Source: a virus
Lineage: Duplodnaviria; Caudoviricetes
Reading direction: 5' to 3' (one strand)
DNA: 32,339 nucleotides
IMG/VR virus record: IMGVR_UViG_3300030098_002189
Coordinates: 1 to 32,339 of that record
Numbering within the stretch: the first letter of the stretch is position 1; each line of letters starts with the position of its first letter. Made by a program: the position numbers and the translations under genes. This document shows, piece after piece, positions 26,913 through 32,339 of this stretch. The notes beneath the pieces were generated by a model that saw only the letters and a list, made by a program, of their open reading frames with translations, searched no databases and was not told the origin of the DNA.

Positions 26913-27153
26913 AAAATATTCTTTAGATAAAATAAGATGTGCCAGAAATGAGTTTGAAGCATTGCTAAGAATACAAGGAATATCTAATTTTAAGTTGTGT
27001 AAAATTATGGGTGTAAACTATGCTACAAGTAAAAAGTATATAGAAGAACCAACACTAATAAGATTTATACATGCTTATAGATTGTCAGTATTTATGGGTT
27101 TAGAAGTTCAAGATATAGTTGATACAATAGTGTATGACTTAAAACAAAACTAA
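26905..27153 (+). CDS. XRE/Cro-like helix-turn-helix protein
   Basis: GISNFKLCKIMGVNYATSKKY HTH-like pattern. Confidence 0.6.
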   Translation: MTKKYSLDKIRCARNEFEALLRIQGISNFKLCKIMGVNYATSKKYIEEPTLIRFIHAYRLSVFMGLEVQDIVDTIVYDLKQN

Positions 27154-27157
27154 AAAA

Positions 27158-27607
27158 ATGGAAGAAAAACAATTAAAATTGATGTACAGCGAAAATTATA
27201 AAGATATAATTTTACAAGAGATAGCTGATCTATACGATATAGATAATAAAGATTATATATGCAGTAATAATAGAAAGCAAAACTTAATGTACGCAAAAAG
27301 ACTTTTTGTTTATATTCTTAGGACTAAATTTGATTTAAGTTTAGTTGAGGTAGGTAAGATTGCAAACCTACATCATGCTTCTATAATACATCATGTAAAA
27401 GCATTTGAAATATTTAAAAACCTAAAAGGTTATAAAGAAAAAGAAATGTACAAGATTGTAGAAGAAAGAATAGAACAAACTCAAGTAGATGAAACAATTA
27501 GAATTTTACAACAACAAAGCAAAGAGATAGATAAAAAATTAAAACAATTGTATAACTTAAAAAACAAAGAAAATGTCAGAAACAAAAGAAAAAATTTATG
27601 TAGGTAG
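27158..27607 (+). CDS. protein with a DnaA C-terminal (domain IV)-like DNA-binding domain plus coiled coil
   Basis: S..RK.....AK....YI.R....LSL.EVG......HASIIH matches the DnaA domain IV signature. No AAA+ domain. Confidence 0.7.
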   Translation: MEEKQLKLMYSENYKDIILQEIADLYDIDNKDYICSNNRKQNLMYAKRLFVYILRTKFDLSLVEVGKIANLHHASIIHHVKAFEIFKNLKGYKEKEMYKIVEERIEQTQVDETIRILQQQSKEIDKKLKQLYNLKNKENVRNKRKNLCR

Positions 27608-27839
27608 TGGTATAGAAAAGTTTGATGGTAATTTAATTCAACAAACTATATGCCTGTCAGATTTAAGAGATAATGCAAAAGATCACATATTTAAATATGA
27701 AGGTAAGGAGTATATCAAATTAAAGACTGTCAAAAAAAGAGAAGTGGATCAGTATGGTAAAACCCACTATGTTGAGGTAGATACTTGGAAGCCAGAAAAA
27801 AAGAAGCAACAAACAGAGGATGATGATTTACCATTCTAA
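27573..27839 (+). CDS. putative single-stranded DNA-binding protein
   Basis: Small beta-rich protein (GKEYIKL...DQYGKTH) ending in the SSB-type acidic tail DDDLPF. Confidence 0.6.
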   Translation: MSETKEKIYVGSGIEKFDGNLIQQTICLSDLRDNAKDHIFKYEGKEYIKLKTVKKREVDQYGKTHYVEVDTWKPEKKKQQTEDDDLPF

Positions 27840-27990
27840 TTTATCTATACTGTCTATAATATTATTATGTATTTTACTTGGTAATGTTATGGGTGCAACT
27901 ATAGTTTTTGTAAAACAAAAAAATTATATTGCTGATTTAGAGAATGAGTTAGATAAAAAAGATGAGGTAATAAATAAACATTTAACATAG
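27820..27990 (+). CDS. small membrane protein (56 aa, MMIYHSNLSILSIILLCILLG...)
   Basis: Read manually. TM helix followed by a charged tail; overlaps the end of the SSB-like gene. Confidence 0.45.
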   Translation: MMIYHSNLSILSIILLCILLGNVMGATIVFVKQKNYIADLENELDKKDEVINKHLT

Positions 27991-28002
27991 ATAACATAGG
28001 TT

Positions 28003-28154
28003 AGAAAGGAGGTTGTAATTTATTTAATTTAATAATGGCGGTTATACTTTGAAACAATTACAGGTCACTATTGATAAACAACAAATAATTGAGTATTAAT
28101 AAAATTAATTTACAATTTAAACTTGATGGTGACTCCTTCTTTCTTTCCTTTTTT
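28003..28154 (+). ncRNA. candidate structured RNA (three-way junction) / attenuator
   Basis: P1 aagga/tcctt, P2 tgtaatt/aattaca and P3 gtcactattga/ttgatggtgac (three G-U pairs), followed by a pyrimidine/T tract. Confidence 0.5.
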
Positions 28155-28174
28155 ATAAACTAAAACTTTAAATT

Positions 28175-28384
28175 ATGGATGAACAAAAATTAAGACAAGA
28201 ACATTATTACTACAAAAGAAAAGCTAAATGGTGTGAGTTTTATGAACAATATATGGATAATCAAAGCATTACTCATATTAATGAAAAAGCAAAAGAATTT
28301 GCAGATCGCCAGTTAAAATCTTACGAAAATAATAAAGGTAAGAAAAATATATTATGGTTCTCTAATCAATTGTTTAGTAGATAA
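28175..28384 (+). CDS. hypothetical protein
   Basis: Good start context (taaactaaaactttaaattATG); abuts the initiator gene. Confidence 0.7.
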   Translation: MDEQKLRQEHYYYKRKAKWCEFYEQYMDNQSITHINEKAKEFADRQLKSYENNKGKKNILWFSNQLFSR

Positions 28385-28385
28385 C

Positions 28386-29018
28386 ATGGAACAACCAAAC
28401 TATTACGCAATCATATCTGCAGAAGTTAGATATGACAAAAATCTTACTGCCCATGCAAAACTATTGTATGCAGAAATAACTGCATTACTAAATATGAATG
28501 GTGAGTGCTTTGCTACTAACAGATACTTTTCAAAACTATATGGTAAAAGTATTGTAACTATTTCTAAGTGGATCAAAGAACTTATTGTAAATGGTTATAT
28601 ATTAACCACTTACACATACAAAGAGGGTACTAAAGAAATTGATAGGAGGTATATAAGTATTCTTAAAGGGGGTATTAAAGAAAAAGATAGGGAGGGTATT
28701 AAAGAAAAGTTTAAGGATAATAATACAAGTATTAATAATAATATTACATATAGTAATAGTAAAGGGCGTTTTAAAAAACCAACTATTATTGAAATTGCTA
28801 AGTATTGTAAAGACAGAGGTAATGGTTTAGATGCAGAAACTTTCTTTGATTTTTATGAAAGTAAAGATTGGAAAGTTGGTAAAAACAAAATGAAAAACTG
28901 GAAAGCATGTGTTAGAACTTGGGAGAAAAGAAACTCAACAAAAAGCATAAGCAAAGTACATATGCACTTAAGTTCGCATATGGAAGCAAAAGAATTATTA
29001 AAAAAAGGAAGAAAATGA
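28386..29018 (+). CDS. phage replication initiator (N-terminal winged HTH)
   Basis: YYAII.AEVRYDKNL...AKLLY.EI.AL...G.CFATN.YF, and C-terminal FKKPT..EI..YC...FFDFYES..W.VGKNKMKNWKA.VRTWE. Internal direct repeats. Confidence 0.85.
   Translation: MEQPNYYAIISAEVRYDKNLTAHAKLLYAEITALLNMNGECFATNRYFSKLYGKSIVTISKWIKELIVNGYILTTYTYKEGTKEIDRRYISILKGGIKEKDREGIKEKFKDNNTSINNNITYSNSKGRFKKPTIIEIAKYCKDRGNGLDAETFFDFYESKDWKVGKNKMKNWKACVRTWEKRNSTKSISKVHMHLSSHMEAKELLKKGRK
28625..28760. repeat. candidate replication origin: iterons plus an AT-rich tract inside the initiator gene
   Basis: GGGTATTAAAGAAAA at 28670-28684 and 28694-28708, with the imperfect copy GGGTACTAAAGAAAT at 28625-28639, followed by a very AT-rich stretch. 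Confidence 0.65.
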
Positions 29019-29377
29019 TAAAAACAAAAACAAGAGAAGAATTAGAAGATTTGTGTTTAGATCTATTAAGTAAAACCTATATTGAGTTAGGTCAACATAA
29101 TGTAGATGCAGAAACAAAAGTTATTATGGCACAAAGTTTAGCAGAAGATTTGAGTAAAACATATAAAAACTTTTACTTTCAAGATGCTGTCAATGCTTTT
29201 AGATTAGGAGTTAGAAGTCCACATAACAAAGATTTTATACATCTAAATGTACCAACATATATGAAGTGGTTGAGAAATCATCAGGAGTTGATATGGGATG
29301 CTAGAGCAAAAGTAAATGCAGGTGCTGATCCAAAAACAGTACCACATTTTAGACCAGAACCTAAATTGTTAAGATAA
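29015..29377 (+). CDS. hypothetical replication protein (possible helicase loader)
   Basis: ATG at 29015 overlaps the initiator stop (atga). Positional analogy to lambda P / SPP1 G39P only. Confidence 0.45.
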   Translation: MIKTKTREELEDLCLDLLSKTYIELGQHNVDAETKVIMAQSLAEDLSKTYKNFYFQDAVNAFRLGVRSPHNKDFIHLNVPTYMKWLRNHQELIWDARAKVNAGADPKTVPHFRPEPKLLR

Positions 29378-29414
29378 AATTATTATATATAAATTATTTT
29401 TATAAATTTGAGAA

Positions 29415-29504
29415 ATGTTTACAACAGTATTATTAATGATAGCTTCTTGTTTTTTTGGTTGGATGTATGGCTATAATCAAGCAGCAAAAAAATTTGATAA
29501 ATGA
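29415..29504 (+). CDS. 29-aa membrane peptide MFTTVLLMIASCFFGWMYGYNQAAKKFDK
   Basis: Read manually. ATG lies 4 nt after TAAATTTG (29403-29410); its stop overlaps the next start (atga). Confidence 0.5.
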   Translation: MFTTVLLMIASCFFGWMYGYNQAAKKFDK

Positions 29505-29692
29505 TTTTACTTTGGATTTTATTATGTATAGTTTTTGTTGTGTTTTTTGTAAGTATTTTATTACATTGCATTGCTTCTTTAGATGAAAGTAAGAATAATG
29601 AGAGGTTAGAATCAAATATAAAACAATATAAAAAAACTTTAACAGGTGGTTTGCATCATGATAGAATAAATGAAAAAAGAAAAACACAGTAA
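29501..29692 (+). CDS. small membrane-anchored protein
   Basis: N-terminal hydrophobic helix; coupled to its neighbours. Confidence 0.6.
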   Translation: MILLWILLCIVFVVFFVSILLHCIASLDESKNNERLESNIKQYKKTLTGGLHHDRINEKRKTQ

Positions 29693-29993
29693 ATATTATT
29701 ATGACTTTGATAGAAATAAATCAATAAACCCAAAAATGTTTATGTCAAAAGAAGAATTAGGAATAGATTATAAAGAAAACAAAACACCAAACTATTATAT
29801 AGGTAGTGTTTATGGTTATGAAGCAAGAAAGGTTATAGAAGATTTTGATCTAAGTTATAATTTAGGAACAGCAACAAGTTACATATTGCGTTGTTCAAGG
29901 AAGCATGAAACTGCTGTAGATTGCATACAAAAAGCTATAAATCATTTAGAGTTTGAGTTAGATAAAATTAAAAATGCCAAAGCCAATATTTAG
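29670..29993 (+). CDS. DUF3310-family protein
   Basis: PNYY...E...VIE.F.L.YNLG.A..YILR...K....D..KA..HL pattern. Confidence 0.75.
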   Translation: MKKEKHSKYYYDFDRNKSINPKMFMSKEELGIDYKENKTPNYYIGSVYGYEARKVIEDFDLSYNLGTATSYILRCSRKHETAVDCIQKAINHLEFELDKIKNAKANI

Positions 29994-30216
29994 AATATTT
30001 GCTACTTATAAAATTTATAATAAGGTAGGCGTTACAAGGAGACCAGTAGAAGGAGTGATAGATACTTTTGCAACAACAGATGATATAAACGAGATGAAAA
30101 AGGATGAAACAATAATGAATAGAATATTGTACTTGCATAAAAAAAAACCAGATAAATTTAAAGTAGAAATAATAAAAGTTGATATTGAAGATCAGTATGG
30201 CTTTACAAATTATTAG
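29974..30216 (+). CDS. hypothetical protein
   Basis: Overlapping, tightly packed ORF. Confidence 0.65.
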   Translation: MPKPIFRIFATYKIYNKVGVTRRPVEGVIDTFATTDDINEMKKDETIMNRILYLHKKKPDKFKVEIIKVDIEDQYGFTNY

Positions 30217-30218
30217 AT

Positions 30219-30491
30219 ATGCCAAAGATTAGAAAAATAAAATTAGAAGATAGAAAAGATATGAGAGGTGGAGGTTACTCCAGAAGAAAGTTTACAGAAG
30301 AAGAAGCACAAGCTATAAGAGATGAATATAACAATGCTACAGAAAAGATTACTATATCTTCTTTGGCTAGAAAGTACAATGTATCCCAACCATTGATGTA
30401 TCAATTAATAAAAAAGACAACCTATGCAGGGGGTGATGGGGGGTATAGGGGGGTACGCAGGGTAGGCAAATCTGTTTACAACCATCATTAA
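30219..30491 (+). CDS. helix-turn-helix DNA-binding protein
   Basis: KFTEEEAQAIR...ISSLARKYNVSQ.....LIK HTH, of the kind often appended to phage HNH nucleases. Confidence 0.7.
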   Translation: MPKIRKIKLEDRKDMRGGGYSRRKFTEEEAQAIRDEYNNATEKITISSLARKYNVSQPLMYQLIKKTTYAGGDGGYRGVRRVGKSVYNHH

Positions 30492-30838
30492 TGAAACCTG
30501 AAGCATCAGTACAAGCAGCGTTTTGTACTTACCTTAAATACAATTATCCTCAAATAAGATACTGTGCTTCTTTAGGAGGTATAAGAACCTCTATGAAACA
30601 AGCTGTGTTAGCTAAAAAAACAGGTTATGTCAAAGGATTTCCTGACATGCAAATACTAAAAGTCAATCACAAATATGCAGGATGTTTTTTAGAAATCAAA
30701 GCAGATAAAAAATCATATCCAACTAAAGAACAAAAAGAATGGGTTGCATATTTAAATGAAGCAGGTTACTTTGCAAAGGTTGTTAAAGGTCTTGATGAGT
30801 GCATTGAAACTGCTGACTGGTATTTACAAATTCCATAA
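30491..30838 (+). CDS. VRR-NUC family PD-(D/E)xK nuclease (probable Holliday junction resolvase)
   Basis: E...Q, G.VKGFPD, FLEIKA and EQKEW...L...GY motifs. Confidence 0.88.
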   Translation: MKPEASVQAAFCTYLKYNYPQIRYCASLGGIRTSMKQAVLAKKTGYVKGFPDMQILKVNHKYAGCFLEIKADKKSYPTKEQKEWVAYLNEAGYFAKVVKGLDECIETADWYLQIP

Positions 30839-30884
30839 CAAAAAAAATATTTTTTAAAAAAAATTTTTGTAAAAAAAAAAATAC

Positions 30885-30927
30885 GAAACTGCTGTGAAAC
30901 TGCTGTGAAACTGCTGTGAAACTGCTG
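30885..30927. repeat. 11-bp tandem repeat GAAACTGCTGT x3.9
   Basis: Units start at 30885, 30896, 30907 and 30918, in a non-coding region. Confidence 0.95.
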
Positions 30928-31033
30928 GGTCTGCTGTTATCGTGTGCGTGTATGTGCGTTCTATATAAGGCGTTGATTCTCAAGTTATTAACAAAATAAT
31001 TGTTAATTTATTTTTTAACATTTTTTTGTTTTT

Positions 31034-31065
31034 TTTGTTGAATATTAAAAAAAGTTTTATATTTG
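31034..31065 (+). promoter_or_regulatory. consensus Bacteroidota promoter for the small early genes
   Basis: TTTG (31034-31037), 20 nt, TATATTTG (31058-31065); ATG at 31097. Confidence 0.75.
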
Positions 31066-31096
31066 CATCATATTAATAATTTAAACACTTTAAAAA

Positions 31097-31300
31097 ATGA
31101 CAAAAACAGAATTTAAACAACTGCAAAAAATATCAGATTATATAAATAAATATTATAATTTAAACACATATGTAAATGAATATACACACTCAATTTTTGT
31201 AAGTGTATGGAATAAAAATTCATCTACCAGTATTAATTTAGAAATTTCTAAAAAAGAAATTGAATTTTTCAGAAAAGAATTTAACAACACTAAAAAATAA
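31097..31300 (+). CDS. small hypothetical early protein
   Basis: First ORF after the promoter. Confidence 0.7.
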   Translation: MTKTEFKQLQKISDYINKYYNLNTYVNEYTHSIFVSVWNKNSSTSINLEISKKEIEFFRKEFNNTKK

Positions 31301-31304
31301 AATT

Positions 31305-31481
31305 ATGAACACAAAAAGATTAAAAGAATATTTAAAAGAAATTGACAGATTAAAAAAATTAGATTGGAATACTTCAATAAAAGTAAATCAAGAATTTAAA
31401 GATCGTAAAGAACAGAAAGAAAGAAACAAAAAAACAAATTTTGATAAAAGGTTAATTAATTATATTACTAACTTAAAATAA
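31305..31481 (+). CDS. small basic hypothetical early protein
   Basis: ATG at 31305 with an A-rich leader is preferred over the track TTG at 31260. Confidence 0.6.
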   Translation: MNTKRLKEYLKEIDRLKKLDWNTSIKVNQEFKDRKEQKERNKKTNFDKRLINYITNLK

Positions 31482-31488
31482 ATAAATT

Positions 31489-31701
31489 ATGAAAAATTAC
31501 GATAAATATAAATTAGCAACGCCTGAAGATTACGGTGGCGATTACGTTTCGAATTGTTGCGGTGCAAGGGTTGATTATTCTGATCGTTGTCAGTATTGTT
31601 TCGAATATTGCGAACCAGTAGAAGATTATGAATTTGAAGCAATAAAAAAAGAAAATTATCTTGAATCAAGAGAAGATGCAAGAAGAGAAGAACGTTACTA
31701 A
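31489..31701 (+). CDS. small zinc-finger-like protein
   Basis: SNCCGA......RCQYCFEYC cysteine pattern. Confidence 0.75.
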   Translation: MKNYDKYKLATPEDYGGDYVSNCCGARVDYSDRCQYCFEYCEPVEDYEFEAIKKENYLESREDARREERY

Positions 31702-31725
31702 ATTAATAACACTAAACACAAAAAA

Positions 31726-31911
31726 ATGAAATTTCAAATAAAAATTATATTAGATGTATCAAAACAAAGCGTAAAAGATATGAAACGTAACGCAGTTAAC
31801 TATATTATAGAAGATATAGAAGATAAATGTTTGTATATAGAAGATATTAAAATAATTAAAACTAATAAAAAAAACACTAAAAAATTAACAACACTAAACA
31901 CAAAAAAATGA
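31726..31911 (+). CDS. small hypothetical early protein
   Basis: Begins in a repeated leader and reads through the next copy of that leader. Confidence 0.6.
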   Translation: MKFQIKIILDVSKQSVKDMKRNAVNYIIEDIEDKCLYIEDIKIIKTNKKNTKKLTTLNTKK

Positions 31912-32339
31912 AACTACTAACACAAAACAGAAAATTAAAAAAGACATCTTTATTAAATAACGCTAGAGTATTGAATTTCAGTATTCCAGCTTATAAAGAT
32001 TTGAACGGCAAGTTAACTTGTCCATTTGCTAAAGACTGTATAAAATATTGTTACGCTCAAAGAGGTAACTATAGATTTAGCAACGTAAAAAAGGGCCAGC
32101 AGAAACGCTACGAATTAACAAAAACAAATGATTTTGTTAAAATTATGAACGCCAACATACTACTAGAACGGCCAACGCACGTACGCATCCACGATGCAGG
32201 AGATTTTTATAGTATTGAATATTTGAACAAATGGATTCAAATAGCTAAAGATAACAAAGATGTAATTTTTTATGCTTATACAAAATCAATCAAATTTTTT
32301 AAACTTAACAAAAAAATGTCTTATGAATTTTTATTACCT
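31908..32339 (+). CDS. GP88-family protein, truncated by the window end (at least 144 aa)
   Basis: Absent from the ORF track because it has no stop. Manual translation gives MKLLTQNRKLKK...FSIPA...TCPFAKDCIKYCYAQRG...RIHDAGDFYS...W..IA.....FYAYTKS. Confidence 0.75.
   Translation, partial: MKLLTQNRKLKKTSLLNNARVLNFSIPAYKDLNGKLTCPFAKDCIKYCYAQRGNYRFSNVKKGQQKRYELTKTNDFVKIMNANILLERPTHVRIHDAGDFYSIEYLNKWIQIAKDNKDVIFYAYTKSIKFFKLNKKMSYEFLLP

Noticed and set aside
30885-30927. CRISPR mini-array
   Set aside because: The units are 11 bp and contiguous with no spacers, and no cas genes are present.
74-31681. All minus-strand ORFs in the track (e.g. 74-262, 12697-13209, 15862-16224, 16237-16614, 19725-19997, 29433-29687)
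   Set aside because: They lie antisense to well-supported + strand genes or control regions, have shadow-frame composition and lack A-rich leaders.
1100-31911. Stop-codon reassignment, introns/inteins, tRNA genes
   Set aside because: Genes are full length and densely packed under the standard bacterial code, terL and portal are of normal size, and I recognised no tRNA cloverleaf in the intergenic gaps.
1-32339. Window as a complete circular genome
   Set aside because: Both ends carry similar small early genes, but there is no terminal overlap. Joining the ends would stop the GP88-like ORF after three more codons, probably prematurely, so some sequence is likely missing.

Overview
This window is most of a very AT-rich tailed dsDNA phage genome, probably a siphovirus, and every credible gene is on the + strand. 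The host is inferred to be Bacteroidota/Flavobacteriia, because most starts have A-rich, Shine-Dalgarno-free contexts and several promoters match TTTG-N~19-21-TAnnTTTG. Gene order: small early ORFs and a terminator (1-590), a non-coding control region, terminase (1100-2981), a tail chaperone with a candidate -1 frameshift, tail completion and tip genes, tape measure (11900-14557), ClpP-like protease/scaffold, major capsid, tail tube, portal, adaptor, lysis (3TM holin plus M15 peptidase), a metallophosphoesterase, an early/replication operon (SSAP-like, HTH, DnaA-domain-IV-like, SSB-like, initiator with iterons, DUF3310, VRR-NUC), and a repeat-rich control region followed by more small early genes ending in a truncated GP88-like gene. 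No integrase or clear repressor is visible, but the genome is incomplete. The most novel signals are non-coding. (i) A ~80-nt promoter-to-terminator sRNA candidate has a seed complementary to the phage's own translation-initiation regions. (ii) A tight three-way-junction RNA containing a 5-codon minigene sits upstream of the replication genes. (iii) Two late-promoter candidates share an identical TAAATTAGG-N23-TAnnTTTG architecture. (iv) There are leaderless-looking starts plus an internal scaffold start. (v) Near the right end lie a G-quadruplex motif, an 11-bp tandem array and a CpG-rich island. All family assignments come from motif recognition by eye, not database searches.
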